A stretch of DNA of 64,000 nt from Octopus vulgaris. Taxonomy: Eukaryota. The notes under the pieces were generated by a model that was not told the DNA's origin, did not search any database, and saw only the letters and a program-made list of their open reading frames with translations. This document shows positions 25,957 to 39,414 of the stretch, in pieces (position 1 is the first letter of the stretch; each line of letters opens with the position of its first letter). The DNA lies in assembly GCA_951406725.2 (NCBI GenBank), contig OX597823.1, forward strand, positions 24,366,001 through 24,430,000. Reading direction: 5' to 3'. The translations under genes and the position numbers were made by a program.

Positions 25957-26722
25957 CTAGCTGCTAAGCCTGGTTTCACCTGGTCTGTTTGGATGATGTG
26001 GCTGTGATCGTTTTCAGTTAAGCATAATCTATAACAGTGTTTCTCAACCTTATCATTTCGGGTCCCCTGTTCCGATTGGAGCCTCCAGCTGTATGAATAT
26101 TTCCTGACTCCCACCACCTTGTCAGAAAACAGCTTTGGGATTTGTGAAGAATGAATTTGTATGTAGTCTGTTTCTGAGACCTATTCTATTGGACCTCTGA
26201 CTAATCATTAAAACATTGATTTAATTATGAACATAGAAAGAAATTATACATAAATTAAGTTCAGACCTCTACATGGTAGCTAGACCTGGTAGAAATTGCA
26301 GTCAAATCTCCCTCAAAACACCTTACTGTCTTAATCTGACAATTCTGTCTATAATGTAGTTTGAATGAGAAGCTGTAACTAAAGATTAAGATTATTAACT
26401 CCACAAAGAGGTGAAAGAAGAGAGACAGTAGCAAATGTTTTGGCTGACTGTCATCCTGTCATCCCCTTGTTGCTAACAAAAGGGTATATGCCAGCTGTGT
26501 GAGCAAGTGATTATCTTAATGGCAGAACAAATGGGAATTCCTTTAGAAAAAGTTTTAATCGATTTTCGTGGTAACTATGAGGGTTAAGAAAAAATACAAA
26601 CCACAGTACAATCTATGCACCCATCTCCACCTGTGTGCCATTTTTTACGTGAATCCACCCAGTGGTGAACCTCAAGACAAGAAAGAATACAATGATTACC
26701 CATATCCAATTTATATAATAGA
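25957..26722 (-). mobile_element. Non-autonomous Helitron
   Basis: Reverse strand begins A|TCtattatataaattgg (~26722) and ends with a ccagg..ccagg-type subterminal motif and gcagCTAG|T (25957). Confidence 0.6.
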
Positions 26723-26829
26723 TATATATATATGGACACATACATATATGTATAGCATCAGTATATTCCATTACAATTTGCCTTTCTTCATTGTTAAAGT
26801 TATAGCTAGGCTGTCTTTAATGTTCTAGA

Positions 26830-27335
26830 AACACCTTCAAGCAGTGCTTCTCCAACCACAAATCCTCATTCAGGATCCCAGAGAGATGGTACACCACATC
26901 TTTGGCCAGTCATGTGTAGCACCTGAAGGACAAAGGGTCTCCACGCATAATATCATAGAAGATCTTAGAAGAACCGGGCCCCTACATCAACAGGAGCAAG
27001 CATTGGAAGCTGTGCATAGCTGAACAGGCGAGAATATTAAAGAATTCCCTTGACCCAAGGAACAGCTTAAATTCCAGGACAGATATCTTCAGACCCTGCT
27101 TATGTGTTAGAAAGTTTCCTACTGAAGTCTTGGAACCCATAAGCTGATAACGTCAATTATAGACACTGGTCTAAGGAAAACAATCCTTGTGCATAATACT
27201 TCTTTGTGCAATTAGCTACAAAATCTTTTCTCCCTAAATTTGAGAGAGTTTATAGACCACCGGCCATTAAAGTCTGAAGAAACGCCATAGAGCCAAGCAT
27301 ATTATGGATGTGAAACCCAGAATAATCCCATAGAC
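26830..27335 (+). mobile_element. Penelope-like element 3' remnant: GIY-YIG endonuclease pseudogene followed by degenerate hammerhead motif (CTGAAGA 27274..GAAA 27315)
   Basis: Hand translation TFKQCFSNHKSSF...TSLASHV*HLKD...IS*KIL...PY...KLCIAEQARI...LNSRTDIFRPC; both stops fall where Trp is expected. Confidence 0.8.
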
Positions 27336-27379
27336 CAGCCATAACTATCTTTATCTAAATATATTTATATATATTCAGA

Positions 27380-29665
27380 TTGCTAGATTGCTAGACAGTG
27401 TGTGAGAGAAAATTGTGACATCACAGGAGAGAAATGCGTCCACATGAATGATGGTGCACTTGCTTTTAATGTTTCTGAAAAGAAAGAGGGTTGGAGAAGC
27501 CATTATGAAAGACTGCTGAATGTGGAGAATGAATGGGAGGAGGAGAGCCTGCAAAATGTTGACCCAGTAGAGGGACCAGCTATCACAATAGAAAGCTCCC
27601 TAGTAGATAAAGCAACTAAGGGTATGAAGCCAGAAAAAAACCTCCGTCCCATCAGGAATCACTGCTGAGATGCTTAAAACATTTGGTGGTGTGGGCTATG
27701 GTCTAGACACCTGCATTGTAAACCAGGTAGTTCATAATGGAGTCATACCCAATGACTGGCATAGCAGCACCATAGTCAACTGCTACAAGAGTAAAGGTGA
27801 CCCTCTAGATAGAAATAACTACATGGGTATCAAGCTGCTGGATCAGATGATGAAGGTCATGGAGAATGTTATAGCCCATCTCATTAGGGAGAGAGTCTGC
27901 TAAGATGAGATGTAGTTTGGTTTTGTTCTGGGTAGAAGCACCACTGATGCCATATTCCTGGTTCGACAACTGCAAGAGATATACCTAGCTAAAGATAAAC
28001 ACATCTACTTAGCTTTCATGGACTTGGAGAAAGCCTTTGACAGGGTTCCCCGATCCCTTATCTGGTGGGCAATGCAGAAACTGGAGATTGACTAATGGTT
28101 AATAAGGGCTGTACAGGCCGTATACAGAGAGGCCATTAGTAAGATTAGGATTGGCAACAAGTATAGTGAAGAATTCTGGGTAGAAGTAGGGGTCCACCAA
28201 GGTTCAGCCCTCAGCCACTTTTTATTCATCATAGTCCTCCAGGCAATAACAGAGGAATTCAAGTCGGGTTGCTCCTGGCAGCTCCTCTATGCTGATGACC
28301 TGGCCCTAATTGCAGAATCACTACCGGAACTAGAAAAGAAATTCCGTGTGTGGAAGCTAGGTTTAGAATCAAAAGGCCTTAGAGTCAATGTAGCAAAGAC
28401 TAAAGTTCTAATAAGTAGGAAGGTGAACTCATCACACACCCCTCATCACACACCCCTGCTCGATCTGTAGAAAAGGTGTAGGTAGAAACTCCATAAGATG
28501 TACCCAGTGTAAGCTATGCATGCATAAGGGTTGCAGCAACATCAAAGGTAAATTAACCAAGAAGATAGCTTTCGTGTGCAACAGATGCACAGGGGCAATA
28601 GACACCACAGATACTCAGAAAACAGATTCCATCACACTCCAGGAGGAGAAACTAGAAGTAGTTGATAGTTTCCACTACCTAGGTGACTAAGTTAGTAGTG
28701 GAGGTGGATGCTCAGAGAGTGTTACCAATAGAATATGAATAGCCTGAGCAAAGTTTAGAAAGCTTCTACCCCTACTGGTGACAAAGGGTCTCTCACTCAG
28801 AGTGAAAGGTAGATTGTACAACACGTGTGTGAACTACCATGCTTCACGGTAATGAAACATGGGCTGTGACTGTGGAGGACATGCATAGGCTTGAAAGAAA
28901 TGAAGCTAGCATGATCTGCTGGATGTGTAATGTCAGTGTGCACACACGACAGAGTGTAAGCGCCCTGAGAGAAATGCTGGACATAAGAAACATCAGATGT
29001 GGTGTGCAAGAGAGACGTTTGTGCTGGTATGGTCATGTACTACAGATGGATGAGGAGAGGTGTGTGAAGAAGTGCCACTCCCAAACAGTTGAAGGAATCC
29101 AGGGTAGAGGTAGACCCAGGAAGACATGGGATGAGGTGGTCAAGCATGACCTTCGAATGTTAGGCCTCACAGAGGCAATGACAAAGACCAAGACCTCTGG
29201 ATATATGCTGAGACTGCGAAGACCTGACAAATAACGTGAGTTCATGGCTGTTTCCTGTACCAGCTTCACATAGCAGCCCCAGCCCATCCAAAGTACCTTG
29301 GATCGCAAGACAGCCTGCTGTGCTTACCTTGGATCGTAAGGCGACCTGCTGTGCTTGAGGAGATCTACATCAAAATAAAAATCAAATGGAAATCGTAGTT
29401 GTGATACCCATGCCAGTGGCACATAAAAAGCACCATCTGAACGTGGCTGATACCAGCGCTGCCTTGACTGTCTTCCATGCCGGTGGTATGTAAAAAGCAC
29501 CCACTACACTCACAGAGTGGTTGGCATTAGGAAGGTCATCCAGCTGTAAAAGCACTACCAGATCAGACTCGAGCCTAGTACAGCCTCCTAGCTTCCCAGA
29601 CCCCGGTCAACCCGTCCAACCCATGCTAGCATGGAAAATGGACGTTAAATGATGATGATGATGAT
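27380..29665 (+). mobile_element. 5'-truncated RTE LINE pseudo-copy with 3' UTR and (GAT)n tail
   Basis: ORF pieces 27402, 27670 and 28839 are colinear with the 866-aa ORF; LLYADDLAL visible at ~28280; multiple stops. Confidence 0.92.
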
Positions 29666-30074
29666 ATATCATCATCATCATTTAACGTCCATTGTCCATG
29701 CTGGCATGGGTTGGACAGTTTGGCTGGTCTGGCATGCTGGAAAGCTGCATCTGATTTGGGATGGTTTTCTACTGCTGGATGCCTTTCCTAACATCAACCA
29801 TTCCGAGAGTGTAATAGGTGTTTTTATGTGCCACCAGCAGGGGTGTCATTTGTTTGACTCCTGGGTGTGTTTATGTGCCAATTTGCATGACACCGGTATC
29901 TGCTATGACTGCGATATATATATAAGTGCATGTATAAAATATATATAAAATATATATATGGTTTCAGTATATGTTTGAGTGTGTGTACATGCAAGTTTGT
30001 GTATATGCCCCTGTATGAATGTGTGCATGTATGTTTGTGTGTATATTTTGCATGTGATGTATGTATATGAATAT

Positions 30075-30236
30075 TCCAGTTCTATATTTAAGAGATGAGG
30101 AATTATGTACATTATTTATATTATTTATATTTGACGGATATTTGTCCTCATTTTGTTTGTTGTTAATACGTTTCGGCTGATATACCCTCCAACCTTCATC
30201 AGGTGTCTTGGGGAAATCTTTAACCTGGGTTCTCAT
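30075..30236 (-). mobile_element. Penelope-like terminal fragment with degenerate hammerhead (gacac CTGATGA a ggttg..cagcc GAAA cg)
   Basis: Core boxes and stem II at 30161-30210(-); stem I 3' strand defective. Confidence 0.55.
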
Positions 30237-30570
30237 TTTGCATTAAACTTGGGAAGTCTGATACAGACTTTAAGCATGCTTCAGCAAGCTTATAGCAATG
30301 AGGCAATGGGATGTATGCAATGTTTTGAGTGGCATTGGTGCTTCAAAAAAGCAAATGAACATCCTAGAAGATGATGAGTGATCAGGAAGACAAAAGTGTC
30401 ACACCTGGAAATGTGGTATCGTGCATCAAGAATTCATCCCCACCCCCAATCAAACTGTCAAGTGTTTTGCTGCGATATTTTGAAGCATTTGCGAGAGGAT
30501 ATTTGGCAAAACAGACCAGACCTGTGGAGCACAAAGAACTGGATTCTTCACAATGAAAGTGTACCTGACT
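30236..30570 (+). mobile_element. Internally deleted mariner transposase fragment
   Basis: MLQQAYSNEAMGCMQCFEWHWCFK (HTH region) and CDILKHLREDIWQNRPDLWSTKNWILH (catalytic region). Confidence 0.8.
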
Positions 30571-31324
30571 TACGGGAGAACAATAGATTGTTCTCTGTGT
30601 TACAAATAGTTCATCTTGTCTTCAGTTTGAGACTGCATTCACATCCTGGCCTGAATAACATTGATAATTAAGCATATAGGAGGAATTTGAATTTGCACTG
30701 TCTTGTGTTTTGACACAACCCTGAATCAAATAGACAGAGGTAATAATTTCAATGCTTTCTTAATCAGATGTGAAAAACTTTTATGTTTATTTTGGTATAA
30801 GTTACCTACTTTTTTCTAGCTGGTCAAGTATTGGTCAACAACAGCCTTAAAATAAGTAGTTCCTATTACCATTACTTTGATCAAATTTCCTGCCTGGCAG
30901 ACAGGATGGTCTAGCTCTGTAGAAGATTAATGTAGTTTGTTCTCTATTTTCTTTAATTTGTATGATTATGAGATTGATTAATAAATGTGATTATAGTATT
31001 AGGAAACTATGATTCTACGACCTTATCAGAAACATGCATAAGCTAGCTGGAATAAATTATTTAAATATCCATCATCCTTGTACCTTTTCTATTATACTCT
31101 GTAACTATTGTATATATCAATTTTACTTGGTGACTAAGCTTTTCATTAGGATCTTTAAGGATCACTTCCTTTCATGTGATATATGTATGTCTGTATGTGT
31201 GTGCCAATATCTTTAGTTTGTTACAGTCAATATCTTTTATTCTAAATTTGTCATTATTTCCTCATTCTCACCCTCCCCCTAACATATATTCACCATTGAT
31301 ATCAATTTCTATTATCACTTCCAG

Positions 31325-31495
31325 TTATTACAAAAGTTGATTGTGGACTGCCAAAAGATGTTGTTGGTGCAAAGAAGTCCTACACTAAAACCACCTATAA
31401 ATCTGAAGTGACCTACACCTGTCCAGGAAGACAAAAGTTGAAGTCAAGATGTAAAGATGACAATAAATGGACTCCAGTTGCATCCAGTTGCAAAG
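31325..31495 (+). CDS. Exon C3: sushi/CCP domain (ITKVDCGLPKDVVGAKKSYTKTTYKSEVTYTCPGRQKLKSRCKDDNKWTPVASSCK)
   Basis: ttccag| ... AAG|gtaatt, 171 nt. Confidence 0.88.
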
Positions 31496-32091
31496 GTAAT
31501 TTAAATAGGTTCTCTTCTGTTGTCTCTGTCTAGGTATTTTTGTTTAATTTTTTTTATTAAATATCTTTGTCAGAAGAATGTCTGTATCCATGACAATTTC
31601 TATAGTATTTGTGGCTGGTTGGAAGGAAAGCAAGAGCTGTCCTCAGACCAGATAACTTTCCAAATCTATGCAAATGAATAGACTTGCATAAGCTATCCAA
31701 GGTTGAGGTAATGGTATTAATTTGAGTGAAGAATTAAGTTTACCAACCAAGAACATCAAGTGAGGAAGTGTGTTCTCTCCAGCAGGCTTCAGCATAGTTT
31801 CCATCCATCAAACTTCATTCACAATTCTTAGTCATGAAACAGATTGGTAACATCAACAATGATTATTATTATTTATGCTGGTGATGGATTGAGAAAATCA
31901 TCAGAACATCAGACAAAATGTGTTGTGGTATTAGTTCTGGCTCTTTTCCAGGGCCAATAAAATAAAATACCAGTCAAGTGTAAGGCCCAATTTAATCAAT
32001 CACTTCCTACCTCAAATTTTTGTCCTTTTTTCTATGTTAGAAATTTTTGTTTTTGGTGTTTACATTTATCTCAATCTTATTTTAATTCCAG

Positions 32092-32331
32092 TTTCTAAAA
32101 TCCATTTTGTGAAAGTAAAAGGTGCAGTTCTTGATATACCTGGAAAAATTTTGGAGAGTAATAAAAGTCTAACAGCAGATGTTTGCGCAGAAAGATGTCT
32201 GTCTAACAAAAATTGTTTATCCTTTGAAATAACTGAAGAAACTGGAAAATGTTACTTATCAAAGGAAAGTGCAACTTCCTCCAAGAAAATAAAAGGAGCC
32301 AAAAGCAGAGATTACTACCAACGAATAAATT
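32092..32331 (+). CDS. Exon A3: PAN/apple domain type A (SKIHFVKVKGAVLD...DYYQRIN)
   Basis: ttccag| ... T|gtaatt, 240 nt, within ORF 32034..32441. Confidence 0.9.
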
Positions 32332-34409
32332 GTAATTATTCTTTGTGTTTTTCTTTTCCACTTATTTTGAAATTTGTAATTCCATTTCTACTTTGTGATA
32401 CAGTTTTCTCTAATAGAATATCTACTTTTAAGTGGGGATAAATATTATCTCTTGATATTAATACTGCCTCTGTCACCAATATGTATTTTTCAACAAGCTA
32501 ACTGGCTAATCATGACATTAGCACCTGTTCTCACACTGTGATTCTGTATATTGCTGTAGCAGTCAAGTGTCCAACATTGACAAGACCAAAAAAGCTTGAA
32601 ATGATCTAGTGATCTCAGTGTTGGATATAGCAAGGATTTATCTCCCCACTAGCGATATAAACAAGAGTGCATTTTGCACCAAAAAGCCAATATGACTGTC
32701 TCTCATGGTAACTGCTTCAGTAGACATTACTTTAGACTTTAAGTCAGATATTACACAAAGAATACCCCATGAGTAACTTAAGAAGTAGATCAGAAGACTT
32801 CATGGGAATTTCCACTTCTACTTCCAAGCTATATAATATAAAATTTTTTAGCAAGTATTACTGAAAAAATCTCCAATTTATCCACAAATCTTTTATCATT
32901 TAGTTGTTGCAATCATTTGATTGTGTCCATGTTGCTGCAACACCTTGAAGGGTTTTAGTTGAACAAATCAGCTCTAGGATTTATGTTTTAAAGCCAAGTA
33001 CTAATTCTATCAGTCTCTTTTGCCAAACTACTAAGTTACAAAGTTGCAAATACACCACAAGCAGTTGTCGAGTGGTGGTGGGAGATGAACACACTCACAC
33101 ACACACATACACACCTATATACAACAGGCTTCTTTCAGTTTCCGTTCTACCAAATTCACTCACAAAGCTTTGGTCAGCCAGGGGCTACAGTAGAAGACAA
33201 TTGCCCATGCTTCCATGCAGTGGGACTGAACCTGCAACCATGTGGTTGAGAAGCAAGCTTGTTACCACACAGGCATGCTTGTGCTTACACATATTTTTGA
33301 TAGCATCTTTTACAGTACAACAAGGTGTTATTTTGGATTGGCTTTAGAGAGAATATAGTATAAACAGAGCAACTTCCATCTCCACACCAAAACAGAATTA
33401 GGGAGGGATCAAATTTATTCTGTCTTCAGTTCAGCCTAAATGTCTCAATGAACATGACCAGGAACTTTTTATCCTGTATTAGACACCATTTCTCAGAATG
33501 TGCATAGTGTTAAAGTTTGTAACTCTTCCAGCATTTCCACAACAGGAAATGCATACACGTATCCAGCTTTTATTCATGATGCCTAGTTATAACTGTCAAA
33601 ATCCATCAAGCCCTCTGCTGAAAGAATTCTACCTTTCTGTGTTAGTGGTATATAGAACAACCTTCACTCCAACTGATGGCTTCACAGTGAGACTTACTAT
33701 CAGTAACTTCAAGAAAAGTTTCACTTAACTTATTTATTCTTTTAAGTTAATGTACAGGGGAAAGTTCACCTCTATTATAGTTTTATTTGGAGTGTCCAAG
33801 AACAGGAAAATGATCTACCTAGCATAAGCACAAGCTTACTCACCTAATTATAAACAATGTTCTGTGTTCAAATATTATGTAATTATATAGAAATACCATG
33901 TAATCAGAATTTGAAAGAAAATATTAGAAAGCCATCTAATTCAGTATTTTTTATACAGACAATTTGTTATCAAAAGCACAATCGGTCCATGAGAATATGT
34001 TTTTGCATAGTCACCCATCTCAAAATTCATGTGCATTCTATTTTATCATAAGATGTACTTGGAAGCTCACCTAATTGTTTAGGTTGTACATAAATTATAT
34101 GTACATTCCTCTTCTGCTAGTGTGCTTTTCTATAAGATTAAAGGAATTTTAACAACACTTGACACACTGGCTAACCACCTGCTGATCAGCACTTAGACAA
34201 TACTAAATTAATCCATTAGAAAAAGATATGCAAATGATACACAACTTAAACTTTGAAAGAAGTTTTCAAATGAGCCTGAAGATGTACTAAAACTCACATG
34301 AATTCCAAGTTGTAATTATGTGGATCAATTATCTGTTTATAATAAATTGTCCTTTTAAATTAAATTATGCACCAGATGCTATAATAATGTTTAATGTGTG
34401 TGTGAGATT

Positions 34410-37400
34410 CATCATCATCATCATCATCATCGTTTAACGTCCGCTTTCCATGCTAGCATGGGTTGGACGGTTCAACTGGGGTCTGGGGAGCCCGAAGGCT
34501 GCACCAGGCCAGTCAGATCTGGCAGTGTTTCTACAGCTGGATGCCCTTCCTAACGCCAACCACTCCGAGAGTGTAGTGGGTGATTTTATGTGCTACCGAC
34601 ACAGGTGCCAGACGAAGCTGGTGAACGGCCACGCTCGGATGGTGTTTTTTTATGTGCCACCGACACAGGTGCCAGACGAGGCTGGCGAACGGCCACGCTT
34701 GGATGGTGTTTTTTTTTGTTTTTTTTTATGTGCCACCGACACAGGTGCCAGACGAGGCTGGCGAACGACCACGATCGGATGGTGTTTGTTACGTGCCCAC
34801 AGCACGGAGGCCAGTCGATGCGGTACTGGCTACGGCCACGTTCGGATGGTTGTCTTATGTGCCACAAAGATACAAATTCCATTGATGTTCATCTATTTTG
34901 ATTTGGTTTGATTTTGGTTTGATTTTCACTTGCCTCAACAGGTCTTCACAAGTGTCACAAGAAGGAAGGTATGCACAGGTGGACTGACTATGTCCCAGGT
35001 AGGGGCCACTGGTTATGGCCTCACTAGTTTTGCCGGGTCTTCTCACGCACAGCATACTTCCATAGGTCTCAGTCTCTAGTCATTTCCTTGGTGAGACCTA
35101 AAGTTCGAAGGTCATGTTTCACCACCTCATCTCAGGTTTTCCTGGGTCTACCTCTTCCACAGGTTCCCTCAACTGCTAGGGTGTAGCACTTTTGCACACA
35201 ACTATCTTCAGCCATTCTCATCACATGACCATACCAGCGCAGCCGTCTCTCTTGCACACCACAACTGATGCTTCTTAGGTTCAACTTTTCTCTCAAGGTA
35301 CTTACACTCTGTCGATTATGAACACTGACATTACACTGGCTTCATTTCTTGTGAGCTTACGCATATCCTCAGCAGTCACGGCCCATGTTTCACTACCATG
35401 TAGCATGGCTGTATGTACACATGCATCATACAGTCTGCCTTTTACTCTGAGCGAGAGGCCTTTTGTCACCAGTAGGGGTAAGAGCTCTCTAAACTTTGCC
35501 CAGGCTATTCTTACTCTAGCCGTTACACTTTCAGCACACCCACCCCTGCTACTGACTTGGTCACCTAGGTAGCGGAAGCTATCAACTACTTCTAGTTTGT
35601 CTCCCTGGAACGTGGTAGAAGTTGGTCTCTGCACATTTCCAGTGTTTATTGCTCCTGAGCATCTGCCACAGACAAAAACTATTTTCCTAGTTAGCCTTCC
35701 TTTGACATTGCTGCACCTCTTATGTGTCCATAGCTTACACTTGGTGCACCTTATAGAGTTTCTACCTACACCTTTTTTACAGATCGAGCAGGGCCATCTA
35801 CCTGAAGTCGTTTGTGATTGGTCCACCTTCCTACTTATTAGGACTTTGGTTTTAGCTAGGTTGATTCTAAGACCCTTCGATTCTAATCCTTGTTTCCACA
35901 CCTGAAACTTCTCCTCCAGTTCTGATAGTGACTCAGCAATTAGAGCAAGGTCATCAGCATAGAGGAGCTCCCAGGGGCATCCTGTCTTGAATTCCTCCGT
36001 TATTGTCTGAAGGACTATGATAAATAGGAGGGGACTGAGGACTGAACCTTGGTGGACCCCAACCTCTACCCGGAATTCTTCACTGTACTCGTTGCCAACC
36101 CTCACCTTACTAGCAGCGTCTCTGTACATGGCTCGCACAGCTCTCACTAACCATTCATCTATCCCTAGTTTCCTCATTGACCACCAGATAAGAGATCGGG
36201 GGACCCTGTCAAAGGCTTTCTCCATGTCAACAAAAGCCAGGTACAGGGGCTTATCTTTGGCTAGGTATTTCTCCTGCAGCTGTCTTACCAGGAATATAGC
36301 ATCAGTAGTACTTTTCCCTGGCATGAACCCAAACTGCATCTCATCTAAGCTAACTCTCTCTCTAATTAATTGGGCTATAACCCTCTCCGTAACCTTCATT
36401 ACCTGATCCAGCAGCTTGATGCCCCTGTAGTTATTTGTATCTAGGGCATCACCTTTACCTTTGTAGCAGTTGACTATTATGCTGCTACACCAGTCATTGG
36501 GTATGACTCCTTCGTGTATCACCTGGTTAACTATATGGGTGACTATGCTATAGCCGACACTACCAGATATTTTGAGCATCTCTGCAGTAATTCCTGATGG
36601 GCCTGGGGCTTTCCCTGTTTTCATGCTTGTAATTGCCTTAACTACTAAGGAACTGTTAACTCGGATTGCTGGTCCCTCTGTTGGGTCGACATTTGGCAGA
36701 CTCTCTTTATCCCATTCATTTTCCTCATTCAGCAACCTTTCATAGTGGCGTCTCCAAGCCTCTCTCTTTGCATCCTCATTTAGCGCAAGTGAACCATCAT
36801 CCTTGCGAACACATTTCTCTCCTACCACGTCACGATTCTCTCTCACACACTGTCTTGCAACACAAAATACCTCAAGTCTTTCATCCTCATGGCGCAGGAC
36901 ATTGGCAAACTTTTTCTTATCTGCTTCCCCTCTGGCTAGATAGACCTGTCTCCTAGCTTCTCTTCTAGCAGTCTGATACACTTCCCTGCTACCACCGTTC
37001 TTCCAGGCCTTCCAAGCCTGTTTCTTTTGTCTAATAGCCCTGTCAACAATATTGTTCCACCACCACTTTATTTTGGGTCTTAAGGGGACTTTGCACCAGC
37101 CACAGATCTGGTCAGTGGCTTTCAGCAGGTTGTCCCTCAGAAGCGTCCAGTTGTCTTCTACCCCATGCGTAGCTATACCCCCTTCCATTTCGTCAAAGGC
37201 ATCAAGTAACATGTCTCTAAATCTCTGTCCATTCGCAGGGTCTTTAAGCTTCCAGACCCTTCTTCTCCATGTTGGTCGTCTTCTAGTCGCCCTCTTAGTC
37301 CTGATCCTAAAGTCACTAACTACCAGTCTATGTTGTGGGGTGCATTCTTCGCCTGGGAAGGTTTTGGCATTTATAAGCAGCCATCTTTCCCTTTTTCTGG

Positions 37401-37811
37401 CAAGGATGTAGTCGATTTGGCTAGTATGCCGGCCCAATCGGTAGGTGACCAGGTGGCTTGTCGGTTTCCTGAAGTTAGTGTTGCAAACCTTAAGACTATT
37501 TGCATCGCAGAACTCCAGCAGCCTAGTTCCCTCCTCGTTGCGGGAACCATAACCATAGCCTCCATGTACGCCATGGAAGCCACCAGCATGTCGTCCAACA
37601 TGCCCATTGAAATCACCAGCCACAAAGAGAAGGTCCCTGTCGTTCATCAATGAGGTGGTCTGCAGTAGGGTGTCATAGAAACTGTCTTTCTGTCCATCGG
37701 GTAGCCCTGGCTGAGGGGCATAGGCCGATATAATGGTTGCTAATCTATGATGAAGCACTATTCTAATCTTAAGTATTCTGTCACTTACTCTGATTACCTC
37801 AATTACTTTAT
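34410..37811 (-). mobile_element. Young, 5'-truncated RTE-clade LINE (partial APE, RT, PHD-type finger, 3' UTR with tandem repeats, (GAT)n tail)
   Basis: About 830 uninterrupted codons: AGDFNGHVG, QIDYIL, NYRGIKLL, QFGF, DMEKAFDRV, GVHQGSVLSPLLF, LLYADDL, FRYLG. Frameshift near C-terminus (~35340). Flanks rejoin to the sequence seen upstream of exon B1. Confidence 0.96.
34588..34866. repeat. About four ~60-70 bp tandem units in the RTE 3' UTR
   Basis: Repeated tatgtgccaccgacacaggtgccagacgaggctggcgaacggccacgctcggatggtgttt. Confidence 0.9.
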
Positions 37812-37848
37812 GAAATGTAATTCTTGTTTTCTTTCTTTTTTTATCTAG

Positions 37849-38082
37849 CTGATAAAGATATTTTAAAATTTGAAAAAACTTCCATACCAAGAGAAGATAC
37901 ATTTAAACGGCTGGAAAATGTGACCGTAAAGGAGTGTGACCATGCTTGTCATCAAACTCCAGGATGTAACTCTTATGAGTATAATGAGAAAGCTAAGTTC
38001 TGTGATCAAAGTGATGCGACTCACCTGACTCATGACCTTCAACCAGATCAAAAGGATTGGGATACTTATGTCATTAACCCAG
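37849..38082 (+). CDS. Exon B3: PAN/apple domain type B (DKDILKFEKTSIP...WDTYVINP)
   Basis: atctag| ... CAG|gtcagt, 234 nt, within ORF 37824..38090. Closest to B1. Confidence 0.9.
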
Positions 38083-38253
38083 GTCAGTAGAGTGTTTTCA
38101 TTTTATTTTATTATGCATGTACTTGCATGTATCTGTGTGTTTGTGTGTATTATTTACATATACATACATGTGTTTGTGCAATATATACATGTATATATGT
38201 ATACAGAGGCAAATATGTAAATAAACAAATTAGACAGATTAAATATATTAAAT

Positions 38254-39376
38254 ATCTATTAGAATAAAAGCGAAATTCTGTCTGTCTGGGACCCTTGTAT
38301 CTCAGTCTACATTCGCTCTACAAAGACATATTATAGCTTGGGGAATCTGAATGATCCCAGGATTGAATATTTGCATCTTCATTTAGTTCTTTAACATCTG
38401 GTTTTGGGATCTGATTCAAAAACATTTGGCTTACTACTTCTTGCAGATAAAGTTTGGCTGATTCACACCATCCTGGTTGATGTTTGTCAGATGATGTCAG
38501 ATAAATAGCATTGCTTCATTAATTTTACATTGAGATAAGGACTTTGGGACGAACTGGCCAACAGTTAGATTTCAGCTTGGGACTGGAACAATAAAATGAT
38601 TGCATTACAGAATTAATTCTCATCCATCTTTTACCTCTGATTAAACATCATCAGAACATATAGTCATTATAAATAAATTATAGTCATGCTATTTAGCTCT
38701 TTGTGGTTTGGGGACACAGGCCCAATTTACCCTTAGCCAGAGCTAGCTTAAAATTTTGCACAGAGTGCAGCTTTTAAGCTAGTCTTTAGATATAAGACAA
38801 AGGATGTTTGTGTGTAATACATATGCATTTCAACAGGTTTCAACCGATTTGCTCTCTTTTTTCTCTTTGTTTATTTCTTTCTTATTTCTCTTTTTCTCAT
38901 TCTCCATTTCTCTTGCTTACACATATTCTCTCTCACTCTCTAATAGTTCCTCTCTTTTTGTCTGTGTCTGTTTCTTTCACTCTCTCTCTCTCTATTTCTC
39001 TCTCTATCTTTATCTCAGTACTTACTAGCTTTAGTCTACAAATTGACTTCCATGTATTTCAATTGGTCATGAGTAACAATCTCTGTTATGGCTTTTGTAT
39101 GTTCACCATGATTATTTTAAATTTTTGTTCACCCATTGTGTTTAAATTCAGCTTTTCCAATTCTGCCTAAAAATTTACTTCAGTGTATTTCAATTTTTTC
39201 ATGTTTAAAAATCTTTGTCTTTGCAGTATTTGTACATTCCCCTACAACATTACTTATTTAAAATTTTTTGCACTTCATCTATTTAAATACACTATTCTCT
39301 TGCAACCTCCACAATAGTTCCTCTCTTTTAGTCTATGTCTGTTTCCTTCTCTCTCTCTCTCTCTCTCTCTCTCTAA

Positions 39377-39414
<38 letters not shown>

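Noticed and set aside
34588-34866. Regular repeats resembling a CRISPR array
   Set aside because: Eukaryotic context, no unique spacers, no cas genes; tandem repeats in a LINE 3' UTR.
37812-37902. N-terminus (MYLLLVWKFF...) of the 866-aa minus-strand ORF as a real LINE start
   Set aside because: It is antisense read-through of exon B3 and its acceptor. LINE homology starts at KVIEVIRV (~37811), and the true APE N-terminus is missing.
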